From an uncultured Chloroflexia bacterium (GTDB lineage Bacteria; Chloroflexota; Chloroflexia; Thermomicrobiales; UBA6265): a stretch of DNA of 64,000 nt. The stretch spans positions 96,001 to 160,000 of the forward strand of contig CAVRUC010000005.1 in the NCBI GenBank assembly GCA_963724295.1. Reading direction: 5' to 3'. Position 1 is the first letter of the stretch. Every line of letters begins with the position of its first letter. The notes under the pieces are model-generated. The model did not search any database. It saw only the letters and a program-made list of their open reading frames with translations, and had not been told where the DNA came from. Shown here piece after piece: positions 8,158 through 17,818 of this stretch. A program made the position numbers and the translations under genes.

Positions 8158-10911
8158 GTGGCACAACCTGACATAGTGTCTCCCATCATGCCGTCGCAAC
8201 GGACGCTGTCCGACGATGTCTATTTGCTGGCCGGGCTGCTAGGCGAAGTGCTGCGCGGTTCAGGCGGCGAGCGCGCCTTTGTCCAGACCGAGACGGCGCG
8301 CACCCTCGCCAAGGATCTGCGTCGAGGCAATGCCCAGGCCGGGGTTGAGCTCGACGCCCTGGTGCGAGGTCTTCCCGACGACGAGGCCGAGACCCTGGTT
8401 CGCGCCTTTACCAACTACTTCCAGCTCATCAATCTCGCGGAAGACAGCGAGCGAATCCGCCGCATCCGCACCCGCAGCGTGGCCGAGGGTGGACCGCGGC
8501 GGGGCTCATTGATTGAGGCAGTCCAGCTTCTCGCCAACCACGGAATCGACGCCAGCCAACTGGCGCAGCTGCTGAGTCGCGCCCAGATTCGCCTTGTCCT
8601 GACGGCTCACCCGACCGAGGCGCGGCGACGAACGATTATCGCCAAGCTGGCGCGCATCTTCGGCATTCTTCGCGATCTCGATGAGCGCGTGCTGCTCCCG
8701 GACGAGGTCGAGCGAGCGCGCCTGCGTCTGGCCCACACCATCGAGGAGGTGTGGTACTCGGAAGAGGTTCGAGCGACAGAGCTCACCGTCCTGGACGAAG
8801 TACGCACCAGCCTGGTCTATTTTCTCTCCACATTCGTGGAGGTGATCCCCAGGCTCTACCGAGACCTCGAGGAAGCCATATCAACTGTCTACCCGGACAG
8901 TGGAATCGTCGTGCCGCCGTTGCTCATGCCAGGGACATGGATCGGTGGCGACCGCGATGGCAACCCGAATGTCACACCGCAGGTCACAGCGCAGGCACTG
9001 GACGTGATGCACGGGGCGGCGATTGGATTGTTGGAGGAGCGTCTACTCGAGCTGGCAGGTCGGGTGTCAGTCGCGGAGAGCATCTCCGGCCCGGCGCCGC
9101 TGCTCGACCCACTTATCCAGGGACTGGCGGATCGATTCCCGGAGACGGCCTCCCGGGTCTTGCGCATCAACGCCGGCGAACCCTACCGCCAGGCATTGAC
9201 GTTGATGCGCGAGCGACTACGCGCTTCGCGTGACGCGGCATCTGCCGGATACACGACGTCAACCGACCTGCTAGATGACCTCCGCGTCATTGACCGGTCG
9301 CTGCGGAGCCAGGGCGCTGATTTGATCGCCGATGGTGATCTGCGCGATGTCATCCGGCTGACCGAGGTCTTCGGGTTCCATCTGGCCGTCATGGACGTCC
9401 GCGAGCATGCTTCGCGTCACACCACGGCACTGGCGGAAATCTTTCGCCATACCGGAATGACGGATGCCTACCTTGAATTCGGCGAGGAAGAGCGAAGCGC
9501 ATTGCTCACGCGTGAGATCGAAAATCCGCGACCCCTCATCCCGGTCAGCCTGGAGCGCTTTTCGGAGGAGACCCGGAACGTCGTTGGTACATTTCGGATC
9601 ATTGCCGAAGCGATCAACGGACGGCACCAGGGAGCAATCGAGACCTATGTGATCTCCGGAGCGGAAGCTCCGTCCGACGTCCTGGCGGTCCTGCTCTTGA
9701 TGAAGGAGTCGGGATTGGCGGAGCCGGGAGGATCCGGCGCCCGATTATCTATCGCGCCGCTCTTCGAACAGGAGCAGGGACTGCGTGATGCCCCCGGGAC
9801 AATGGCAACGCTCCTTGGCCTCCCGGTCTATCGACAGGCACTGCAGGCACGCGGGGCGAACCAGGAGGTCATGATCGGCTATTCCGACTCGAACAAGGAG
9901 ATCGGGTTCCTCGGTTCGGCATGGGCGCTTTATCAGGCGCAGCGGGATCTGACCAGGTTATTTGAGACGGAAGGGATCGGTCATACGTTCTTTCACGGCA
10001 GAGGCGGCGCGATTGGGCGCGGCGGGGGTCCGACCAACGTCGCCATCCTGGCGCTCCCACCTGGATCAGTGGCAGGCCGTGTCAAGTTGACGGAGCAGGG
10101 CGAAGTCATCGCCTCCCGGTATGCGACAGCCGCGGTGGCCCACCGTGAGCTGGAACTGGTCAGCGGAGCCGTATTGGCGAGCGCGGTCGGTGTGCTCGCC
10201 GTTCCGGATCCAACGCGGCTTTCCGCGTTCGAAGACGCCATGGCTGAGATGTCCGCAGCCGCGGTCTCGGCATATCGGGATCTCGTCTATGGTGACCAGG
10301 AGTTGGTTTGCTTTTTCGAGCAGGCGACGCCAGTTTCAGAAATTTCCCAATTGCAGATTGGCTCTCGCCCGGCGAGGCGGCACGAAACTCGCCGCATTGA
10401 AGACCTGCGGGCAATTCCCTGGGTCTTCGCCTGGACGCAGTCCAGGTTTCTGCTCCCCGGCTGGTATGGCGTCGGGGCTGGGCTCGAGCGAGGCCGGGAA
10501 ACATTTGGTGCGGAGCTACTCCAGGCGATGGATCGAGAATGGCCATTCTTCGCCGCAACTATCGCCAATGCGGAGATGGCGCTCGCCAAGTCGGATCTGG
10601 ATATCGCCGAGCGCTACGCGAATCTCGTCGCTGATGCCGAGGTGCGGAGTCGCATCTGGCAGCGGATCCAGGACGAGCATGAACGGTCCACGCGAGAGAT
10701 CCTGCGCTTGACCGGTCAGAACCGCCTGCTTGATCGCGAACCGGTCCTGCGGCGTTCGGTCGACCGCCGCAATCCTTACGTCGATCCAATCTCTTTTGTC
10801 CAAGTCGAGCTGCTGCGCCGGCTGCGAGGAGGCTCTGCTCGGGACTCGACATTGCGCGCGATCTTGCGCACGGTCAACGGAATCGCCGGCGGTCTCAAGA
10901 ACACCGGATAG
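8158..10911 (+). CDS. ppc: Phosphoenolpyruvate carboxylase
   Basis: VLTAHPTE, WIGGDRDGNP, QEVMIGYSDSNK, FHGRGGAIGRGG, TEQGE, LRAIPWVFAWTQ and C-terminal KNTG; exact start uncertain (8158 GTG or 8188 ATG). Confidence 0.97.
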   Translation: MAQPDIVSPIMPSQRTLSDDVYLLAGLLGEVLRGSGGERAFVQTETARTLAKDLRRGNAQAGVELDALVRGLPDDEAETLVRAFTNYFQLINLAEDSERIRRIRTRSVAEGGPRRGSLIEAVQLLANHGIDASQLAQLLSRAQIRLVLTAHPTEARRRTIIAKLARIFGILRDLDERVLLPDEVERARLRLAHTIEEVWYSEEVRATELTVLDEVRTSLVYFLSTFVEVIPRLYRDLEEAISTVYPDSGIVVPPLLMPGTWIGGDRDGNPNVTPQVTAQALDVMHGAAIGLLEERLLELAGRVSVAESISGPAPLLDPLIQGLADRFPETASRVLRINAGEPYRQALTLMRERLRASRDAASAGYTTSTDLLDDLRVIDRSLRSQGADLIADGDLRDVIRLTEVFGFHLAVMDVREHASRHTTALAEIFRHTGMTDAYLEFGEEERSALLTREIENPRPLIPVSLERFSEETRNVVGTFRIIAEAINGRHQGAIETYVISGAEAPSDVLAVLLLMKESGLAEPGGSGARLSIAPLFEQEQGLRDAPGTMATLLGLPVYRQALQARGANQEVMIGYSDSNKEIGFLGSAWALYQAQRDLTRLFETEGIGHTFFHGRGGAIGRGGGPTNVAILALPPGSVAGRVKLTEQGEVIASRYATAAVAHRELELVSGAVLASAVGVLAVPDPTRLSAFEDAMAEMSAAAVSAYRDLVYGDQELVCFFEQATPVSEISQLQIGSRPARRHETRRIEDLRAIPWVFAWTQSRFLLPGWYGVGAGLERGRETFGAELLQAMDREWPFFAATIANAEMALAKSDLDIAERYANLVADAEVRSRIWQRIQDEHERSTREILRLTGQNRLLDREPVLRRSVDRRNPYVDPISFVQVELLRRLRGGSARDSTLRAILRTVNGIAGGLKNTG

Positions 10912-10926
10912 CGGTGAATAAAAGCA

Positions 10927-10952
10927 ACCGCGGGATCAAATGATCCCGCGGT
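10927..10952. terminator. Hairpin terminator between convergent genes
   Basis: ACCGCGGGATCA-AA-TGATCCCGCGGT perfect inverted repeat; T-rich tail on the minus strand. Confidence 0.75.
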
Positions 10953-11004
10953 CAACTCGGCGTTTTAGAAAGCCCGGGCCACCATGGCCGGGCGCCAGGA
11001 CTAC

Positions 11005-11373
11005 TTACTCGACGACTGCCGAAGGCGGCAACAGAACCTCACCCGAGGCAGCGACCGGCGGCAGCGGGTAGCCGAGAACGGCCTCGACGTCGGAGGCGAA
11101 CTCATCACCGGCCGCAACATCGCCAAGGTCCACCGAATAGGCGACACCCTGATCGGCCAGGTCCGTGTTCACAACGCCCTCGACGACCTGGTAGACGCCC
11201 TCTCGGACGGCGGTCGTGCACGTATTGACGTCGAAGCCAAGAGCTAGGCACGCCAACTCGACTGACGAAACTTCAGGTGCCGACGGTTGCGCCGCAACCG
11301 GGCCTGCCATCACGAACGGCACCGCCAGGCTCAACAGCCCCGCTCCAAGCCGCACCTTCGAAATTCTGCTCAT
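11005..11373 (-). CDS. Hypothetical secreted acidic protein
   Basis: GGAGGG SD; signal peptide MSRISKVRLGAGLLSLAVPFVMAGPVAA-Q; Cys pair (LACLALGFDVNTCT); followed by a terminator. Confidence 0.7.
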   Translation of the reverse strand: MSRISKVRLGAGLLSLAVPFVMAGPVAAQPSAPEVSSVELACLALGFDVNTCTTAVREGVYQVVEGVVNTDLADQGVAYSVDLGDVAAGDEFASDVEAVLGYPLPPVAASGEVLLPPSAVVE

Positions 11374-11508
11374 TGTGACCTTTCCCTCCGCGACTCTCAC
11401 CCCGAGCCCAAGATCGACGAGGCAGGCAGCCCCCCGACCGCTGCTCGCCGGGCGCTCACTACGCCCAGCGCATTGTACTACCTGCCAGCCGCAAGTAAAA
11501 CCCCCCTA

Positions 11509-13107
11509 TCACGAATCCATACTTCCGGCGGATTCACTCGCGGTCGGTTCCGACGGCCCGAGCGCATAGACGTACCCATCCTGGCTGCTGGCAATGACCC
11601 TCTCGGCGACCACCGCAATGTCGGCGGTGACAGCGCCTCCGGTGACATGCGTCCAGAGCGTGGTGCCATCGCGGCGATCGATGGCGGTCACCGTCGGTCC
11701 GCTGCCAATGTACAGACCGTCATCCGCAAACGTGACCGACGAGCGTATGGCGTACCCGAGCGGGCTGCTCCAGCGTGTCTCACCGGTGGCGGCGTCGACG
11801 GCACGTACCGACTGGTCGTCGCCGCCGAGAAAGACGACGTCGTCAGCCACGGCCGGTGACGACTCTCCCCCGACGTCTCGGCGCCAGAGTTGCGCCCCCG
11901 TTTTCAGGTCGAACGCCACGAGTGATGGTGCATCCGTCGCCACGAAAGCGACGCCCCGCGCTATGGCGGGGGTCGTAAATGCTTCGCCGCCCACCGGCCT
12001 CTGCCATAACTCGCGTCCCGACTGGGCGTCGATCGCCGTGGCCACGCCTGCCTCGTCCGCGATGACGACCACCCCGTCGGCGACTGCGGGCGAACCAAAC
12101 AGCAGGTTGTCGTTCCTGTAGTGCCAGATTTCTTCGCCGGTCGCTGTCGAGATCGCGGAGAGGTGTCCCTCCTGTGTCGCGACATAGACCCGGTCCCCGT
12201 CGACCACCGGGGAACAGGATCCGGCGAACCTGAGCGGTACGCTCCAGCGCTCCAGCCCTGTCTGTGCGTCGATAGCCAGCAGCGCGTAACCGGCAGCGAC
12301 GAACACCGTCTTGTCAGAGAGTGCCGGCGTCGTGCGGGCGACGTAGTCCCCGACATGAACTCTCCACATCTCACTTCCGTCTGCGAGCCGCAAGGCGACG
12401 AGACTCCCTGCCTTTGTGGCGACATAGACGGTCTCAGGGCCGACGACAGGCGATGCGTAGCTTTCGCCGCCGACGAACGTCTTCCACTTCACGACCGGGC
12501 GTTTCAGTTGAGCTGGGCCCGGATTTTCTCCGGTCCGCGCGGCGTTGCCGCGAAACATTGGCACGATGGCGCCAGACTCGCTTATCACGACAGAGACCTC
12601 TGCCGGATCAGGCGTTGGAGTCGGAACCGCCACCGTGGTGGGCTGTGCCGAGGTCTGGGACCCCGTTAGGCCAAGCGTTTGCACCAGCGCACCGCCGAGA
12701 ACGATCGACGATACGACGACGGTCGCCGTCCCGGCGCGAGCCATGTTGCGGTCGTCGCGTCTGAGCCGCAAGAAACCAACGAGGACACTCAGCAAGCCTA
12801 GAATGAATACGGGAGCCGCGATTCCGGAAGCACCGCCAAACCAGAGGGCAAGCAACGCCGCGATGGCGCCAACCCAAACCAGCCCCAGTCCTTCCCCTGA
12901 CTCGCTCGCCATGCGACGGCGGCGTTCCTCGCGGTCGCGTTCTCGAGCAGCGAGGAGATAGTCTGGTAACGCGAACTGTGTTTGTTGAGCTCTCTTGAGA
13001 CCAAGGGTTGCGACACTGGCAAGCAGCACCCCGCAGTCGGCGCAAAATTCCGACGTCGGTGGATTGACTTGACCACAAAGACCGCAGCGCCGCTCTCGAA
13101 CGTCCAT
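11509..13107 (-). CDS. Zinc-ribbon / transmembrane / PQQ-like beta-propeller repeat protein
   Basis: N-terminal CGLC...FCADC; three hydrophobic segments; Pro/Thr linker; MFRGNAARTG followed by repeated SPxVxxGxVY...ALDAxTGxExW blades. Confidence 0.88.
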   Translation of the reverse strand: MDVRERRCGLCGQVNPPTSEFCADCGVLLASVATLGLKRAQQTQFALPDYLLAARERDREERRRRMASESGEGLGLVWVGAIAALLALWFGGASGIAAPVFILGLLSVLVGFLRLRRDDRNMARAGTATVVVSSIVLGGALVQTLGLTGSQTSAQPTTVAVPTPTPDPAEVSVVISESGAIVPMFRGNAARTGENPGPAQLKRPVVKWKTFVGGESYASPVVGPETVYVATKAGSLVALRLADGSEMWRVHVGDYVARTTPALSDKTVFVAAGYALLAIDAQTGLERWSVPLRFAGSCSPVVDGDRVYVATQEGHLSAISTATGEEIWHYRNDNLLFGSPAVADGVVVIADEAGVATAIDAQSGRELWQRPVGGEAFTTPAIARGVAFVATDAPSLVAFDLKTGAQLWRRDVGGESSPAVADDVVFLGGDDQSVRAVDAATGETRWSSPLGYAIRSSVTFADDGLYIGSGPTVTAIDRRDGTTLWTHVTGGAVTADIAVVAERVIASSQDGYVYALGPSEPTASESAGSMDS

Positions 13108-13173
13108 ATTCTGAGATCCAATTCGCCCTGGGATCCGGGTGCTGAGCCCGCTGGCCGTATCGTAATTGGCTAC

Positions 13174-13800
13174 CTATCGATCGGGTACTGTGCCAACGCA
13201 GATTGTCCATGGGAACGAACCGACGAGCCGCCGCACGACGAACTGCTCCCTGACCAATGCCCCGAAAGCCGATCGTGACCAGAACTGCTTGTGATCCGGG
13301 TCGCTTCCCCTGGGACGCACGTCGAGATTCTTCCCGCGCGCGGCGTTGGCTAGGCAGAACAGCGGCTCATGCGGCACGCTGAGCACGACCGACTGGCGGG
13401 TGACGCGCGCCAGCTCGGACAGCGCCCGGCGTGGCAGATCACCGGGAAGGTGCTCGAGCACCTCGAAACAACCGACAACGTCGAACGAGCGGTCTGCAAA
13501 CGGCAGGTCGACAACGCTACCGGTCACGAACCGCGCCTCTGGATTCGCGCTGGCGGCGATCTCTAGCGCGCCGCCGGAGACGTCGCAACCCGTCAAAGCG
13601 ATTTCCGGAAGGGTGCTGATGATCCTGCGGGCGACAAACCCCTCGCCGCAGCCGGCATCGAGGAATGTCCGCGGCGAGAGCGCTACAACCTCGGCCACGA
13701 TCTTGTCGTGAAAACGCTCGATGAGCACCCGCTGCAACGGATTCGCCGCGGTGTGCTTGCGGTAATTGCTCGACATGCGAGACCGAGCGTCAAGGCTCAT
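13174..13800 (-). CDS. Class I SAM-dependent methyltransferase
   Basis: FLDAGCGEG, LPFADRSFDVV, FEVLEHL and ALSELARV motifs. Confidence 0.9.
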   Translation of the reverse strand: MSLDARSRMSSNYRKHTAANPLQRVLIERFHDKIVAEVVALSPRTFLDAGCGEGFVARRIISTLPEIALTGCDVSGGALEIAASANPEARFVTGSVVDLPFADRSFDVVGCFEVLEHLPGDLPRRALSELARVTRQSVVLSVPHEPLFCLANAARGKNLDVRPRGSDPDHKQFWSRSAFGALVREQFVVRRLVGSFPWTICVGTVPDR

Positions 13801-13871
13801 GCCAGCTATTCCGGTCCTGTTCTGTCACGGCTCTCACGTACTCCGTCGGGAAGTATCCGGTATCAACGCCA

Positions 13872-14885
13872 TCACTGGCGATTGGTAGCCGCTCGCGCCA
13901 GTCGCACTACCCCCCAGACCGGGGGCGTTACCACAAAGAGCGCCAGCCGATAGGCAACGGCCGCCAGCACGACCGGTCCCGCGGCAATTCCCGCCAGCCC
14001 GGCCGCCGCGACCATCAACGCCTCCCGTACGCCGGCGCCGCCAGGCACCGGGCTGAGCATGCCGACCAACACCGGCACACCCATGATTCCGAGAAGGAGC
14101 GAAAGCGAAACCGTCACGCCAAAAAGCTGCAAGAGTGCGGCCATGATGCCTGTCTGGATAGCCCAGAAAGCGCCGGTCAGGGTCAGGGCAAGGAGCGCCA
14201 GCATCGGGTGGTCAGCCGGGCTGGAAAGCATACGACCGGCAAATGGAGCGATCCGTTCCCGGATTGCCGTCGATCGGCTCATGACACTCATCGCAATGGC
14301 GCCTAGGGCCAGGACAATCACCAGAATCGCCAGGACTCGGCCGTCGACACGCATCGACTGCACAAGGTCCGACCCGCCCAGCAGCAGCCACGCGGCAGAA
14401 ATAACGGTTAGCGCCGTCACGTCAAGCGCGGCCTCCCAACCAACGACCGCTCCACTCTGCCCGGGGCTGAGCTCCAGGTCGCGGACGGTCAGCGCAGCCC
14501 GGGTCGGTACCGCCAACCCAATCGGCGCCGCATAGTTCACGATCACCGACGTCAGGAAGACCTCAGCCGACGAGCTCCAGCGCGGAACGCCACCGGCCAT
14601 CCGGACCAGCGCATGCCAACGAATCCCGAGCAACAGAATGCTGGCAGCGTAAATGAGCAAGATGGCGGCGATGCGTGCCGGGTGAACCGTGCGCACTGAA
14701 TCCACGATCTCGCCTAACCCACCCTGTCGCCACAGCAGAAAGGTCGCCAAGGCGGCAGCGAGACCGAAAATGACGGGCGTCGGCACCGCCAGGATGGGGC
14801 CATACCAGCGTCTCCGCCGCCCGGTCGTGCCCTCCTCCACGTTCAGACGTGCATTTTTCTCACGGGGCGAAGCCGTCTCATTCAC
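13872..14885 (-). CDS. Lysylphosphatidylglycerol synthase TM-domain / flippase-like membrane protein (UPF0104)
   Basis: Multi-pass hydrophobic; RW..L motif, SPVPGGAGVRE and C-terminal YR motifs; GTG at 14885 overlaps the GT2 stop (GTGA). Confidence 0.85.
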   Translation of the reverse strand: MNETASPREKNARLNVEEGTTGRRRRWYGPILAVPTPVIFGLAAALATFLLWRQGGLGEIVDSVRTVHPARIAAILLIYAASILLLGIRWHALVRMAGGVPRWSSSAEVFLTSVIVNYAAPIGLAVPTRAALTVRDLELSPGQSGAVVGWEAALDVTALTVISAAWLLLGGSDLVQSMRVDGRVLAILVIVLALGAIAMSVMSRSTAIRERIAPFAGRMLSSPADHPMLALLALTLTGAFWAIQTGIMAALLQLFGVTVSLSLLLGIMGVPVLVGMLSPVPGGAGVREALMVAAAGLAGIAAGPVVLAAVAYRLALFVVTPPVWGVVRLARAATNRQ

Positions 14886-15937
14886 CGGCCTACCGGCGCT
14901 TGTGGGTCGTTTTCTGGACCGCGAGGGTTCTGTCTTCCCACGGACTGACGGACAGGCGCGGGCCACGCGGCGCTGTCATGCCCGTGGTCCCGGTGGACAA
15001 GCAGCTCGCCTAGCAAGCCGAGACCAAAAAACTGAACGCCGACCACCACGAGCAGTACGGCAAGGAGTAGCAGGGGGCGATTCCCGATCGAAGCGCCGGT
15101 GAGAATCTTCTCCGCGGTCAGCCAGAGACCGATGAGACCACCGGTGGCCAGCGCGACCACTCCGGGCACGCCCAACACGTGCATCGGCCGCTGCCGATAC
15201 TCCGTCAGGAACGTCACCGTGAGCAGATCGAGAAACCCCTTGATCAACCGAGACCAACCGTACTTCGATGTCCCCCAGCGACGCGGATGATGCCGGACAG
15301 GAAGCTCCCCGACCCGGAAGCCTTCGGCATGGGCCAGCACTGGCGTGAACCGGTGCAGTTCGCCATACAGGCGGATCGTGCGAACGACATCAGCGCGATA
15401 GATCTTGAATCCGCAGTTGAAGTCGTGCAGCGGCACACCGGAGACCGCGCGCACCGTGGCGTTGAAGAGTCGGCTGGGAAGGGTCTTCCCCAGTGGATCC
15501 TGGCGCCGCTGCTTCCAGCCTGAGACCAGATCGAAGCCCTCGTCGAGCTTGGCCAGAAAGCGGGGGATTTCCGCGGGATCATCCTGGAGATCGGCATCCA
15601 TCGTAAGAATCAGATCACCAGACGCAGCCGCGAACCCCGTCGCCAGCCCGCGCGCCTTTCCAAAGTTCCTCCGGTGTCGCAGCCCCACAACCCGCCGGTC
15701 GCGCTCGGAGAGAGCCTCTATGGCCTCCCAGGTCTCATCTGTCGAACCATCGTCGATCAGAATCAACTCGAACGAGATGTCTGTTGCTTCGAGAACATCG
15801 GCGATGGCACGGTGCAAGGCCGGGATATTGCCTGCTTCATTCATCGCGGGAACGACGACGCTCAGCTGCGGCCCGTCGCCGCGCTCCTCTCTGACGGCCA
15901 AATTCGGGGGATCGAGAACCCCATCGACCGACGGCAA
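14882..15937 (-). CDS. GT2 polyprenol-phosphate glycosyltransferase (ArnC/GtrB-like)
   Basis: LSVVVPAMNE, IDDGSTD, RRNFGKA, TMDADLQDDP, DFNCGFK, ELHRF and SKYG motifs plus two C-terminal TM helices; start uncertain. Confidence 0.92.
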   Translation of the reverse strand: MPSVDGVLDPPNLAVREERGDGPQLSVVVPAMNEAGNIPALHRAIADVLEATDISFELILIDDGSTDETWEAIEALSERDRRVVGLRHRRNFGKARGLATGFAAASGDLILTMDADLQDDPAEIPRFLAKLDEGFDLVSGWKQRRQDPLGKTLPSRLFNATVRAVSGVPLHDFNCGFKIYRADVVRTIRLYGELHRFTPVLAHAEGFRVGELPVRHHPRRWGTSKYGWSRLIKGFLDLLTVTFLTEYRQRPMHVLGVPGVVALATGGLIGLWLTAEKILTGASIGNRPLLLLAVLLVVVGVQFFGLGLLGELLVHRDHGHDSAAWPAPVRQSVGRQNPRGPENDPQAPVGR

Positions 15938-16133
15938 GAGCGCCAGTCCGTCATGCTGTTCCGAGACCTGTCGCGGGGGGTGCTGTTTCAAGGCAACGAC
16001 ATTCCTGACCGGGCGTTGTCTGCAACTGCGTGGATTATGCGCTCCCGGCGGCACTCGCACCAAAAGCGTCGCCATGGGACGATAGAGTTCCGGTAGAAAC
16101 AGCCGGCGTCGTGGGGGAAGGGATCGGGGCATC

Positions 16134-16715
16134 GTGGGCTGGCTCAGGCTCTCGCAACGTCCTGGTGACCACCGTGCTCGGCGACCGCTAGCGGGACCGA
16201 CCGCGCGGCGGTCGCTCCGGGCCGCATCGATTGCGCTTGCCTGCGCTCTGCTGGCCGGCTGCGGCGGCGATCCGATTCTGGCGCCTCCTGTCGATCCGTC
16301 TCCCCGGCCTACGATCGATACAAGGCAGATTTCCGCCGCAACTCCGATGGCCACCGCTGCGGCTCAACAGATTGGCGACGTAATCTGGGCAACCGCCACC
16401 GATCCAGCGACCAACGCGCCGATAGATACCGTCTCCAGCTACCCTGCGAATACTTTGCGAATTGTGGCCGCGATGCGCACCGATGCGCTCCCGGCCGGGT
16501 CAAGCGTCGAAGCCACCTGGGAGTACAACGACACGTCTCTCGACGCATTTACGACCCGGCTGACGCCGGCCGGCAACGGAGCCAATCAGTGGATCAGCTT
16601 TTACATCGAGCGGGATCCCGAAGTGGAATGGCCGGTAGGAACATATGAGGTAAGAATTTCTCTGAACGGGGCCACGGTGCACGAGGCCGCCGTCGAAGTA
16701 CGTGAAGAATCCTGA
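16134..16715 (+). CDS. Hypothetical lipoprotein with beta-sandwich domain
   Basis: Lipobox LLAG-C after a hydrophobic stretch; C-terminal WPVGTYEVRISLNG typical of Ig-like domains; start uncertain. Confidence 0.7.
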   Translation: MGWLRLSQRPGDHRARRPLAGPTARRSLRAASIALACALLAGCGGDPILAPPVDPSPRPTIDTRQISAATPMATAAAQQIGDVIWATATDPATNAPIDTVSSYPANTLRIVAAMRTDALPAGSSVEATWEYNDTSLDAFTTRLTPAGNGANQWISFYIERDPEVEWPVGTYEVRISLNGATVHEAAVEVREES

Positions 16716-16918
16716 GTGGCAGGTGACGATTTCGCGCGGCTTGCCACCCGAGAAAACAGGGTGGTACGCTCACTTCGTCGGGACAGGATGAAGTTCAGTT
16801 TCCCGCGCTGAGCCGTAGATGGTCCGGATACCCGGACCATTCCCAAGCGCGGGGCCGGTGTCCGCAATAGCTTCACGCGGGGATACGCCGCACGCTGTTG
16901 TAGCGGCAGGAGCTTGAA

Positions 16919-17260
16919 GTGCCAACCGACGCGGCCGCTAAACCAAATGACGACCTCGGCCCACGTCAACCCACGACGCTGGCGGGTCGCTGCGATCGGG
17001 ATCATTCAGGACCGTTCGCATGGCAGGATGGCCGGCGGCTCTGGATTCTCGACGGCGGCGAAACGAACTGGGTTCTCGCCGAATTGCTTTTCGACCCGCA
17101 GTCATGCCGCTATCTCGAAGTCCGGCGCGCCACGTACCAGTGGCCGCGCGAGGCCGCCGGTGCTCTCCTCGGCAGATCGTTCGTCGGCGGACGGCGCCGG
17201 GCGGAAGAGGCGGCGCGTGGGCTCTCGGCGTGGGTCAGGCGATCCGAGTCAATCCGATAG
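16919..17260 (+). CDS. Hypothetical protein
   Basis: AGGAG SD before GTG 16919; protein-like composition (WQDGRRLWILDGGETNWVLAEL..D....Y.EVRRATYQWPREA). Confidence 0.55.
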   Translation: MPTDAAAKPNDDLGPRQPTTLAGRCDRDHSGPFAWQDGRRLWILDGGETNWVLAELLFDPQSCRYLEVRRATYQWPREAAGALLGRSFVGGRRRAEEAARGLSAWVRRSESIR

Positions 17261-17818
17261 CGAGGACGTCTCAGACTCGCTCGCTGCTGAACCGCGGAAT
17301 GCTTTCTCTCCGGCCGCGATTGTCACCGCGAGCTGGTTCTCCTCGGGCGGAATCGGGCAGCTCCACCCCGTGCCATAGGCGCAGAAGGGGTTATAGGCAT
17401 AGTTGAAGTCGACCTCGATGGTTCCGTCGGGACGAGTTTGGGGTTCCAGATAGCGCCCAACCTCGTAGGTCTCTCCTCCTGCTGATGCGTCTCGAAACGG
17501 AATGAACAGACTCCCGCGATCGCTGTCCCTGAAGACGGTTAGCACAACTGGAACACGGTCGACCTCCAGTCGGACTCGTCCGGCACGGGAGAACGACTTC
17601 GTCTTGCCATCGGTTGTTGGCACATCGAGCGTTTCGCCGATGTCTGAACCCGAATCATCCAGTGGCAGGTTGAGGGACAGGTCAGCGCGCTCGGGAAAAT
17701 AGTCAAGACCCTCGAACTGCGCTCGTTGCGATTCACTGAGTGGAGAATGCGGATGCTCCGCGAAAAAATGGTCGCGGCGGTGACGGTATCCTGCCAATCG
17801 CTCCGCTTTGTCTGTCAT
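17249..17818 (-). CDS. DUF1684 family protein
   Basis: RD.FF..HPHSPL, F.GLDYFP, LFIPFRD, ETY.VGRYL and DFNYAYNPFCAY..WSCPIPP.EN.L...I.AGEK motifs; ATGA overlap with the upstream GMC gene. Confidence 0.9.
   Translation of the reverse strand: MTDKAERLAGYRHRRDHFFAEHPHSPLSESQRAQFEGLDYFPERADLSLNLPLDDSGSDIGETLDVPTTDGKTKSFSRAGRVRLEVDRVPVVLTVFRDSDRGSLFIPFRDASAGGETYEVGRYLEPQTRPDGTIEVDFNYAYNPFCAYGTGWSCPIPPEENQLAVTIAAGEKAFRGSAASESETSSLSD

Noticed and set aside
11509..13107. Outer-membrane assembly factor BamB or PQQ dehydrogenase
   Set aside because: No lipobox, it has a zinc ribbon and TM helices, and no dehydrogenase catalytic features were recognised; only the generic propeller repeat is shared.
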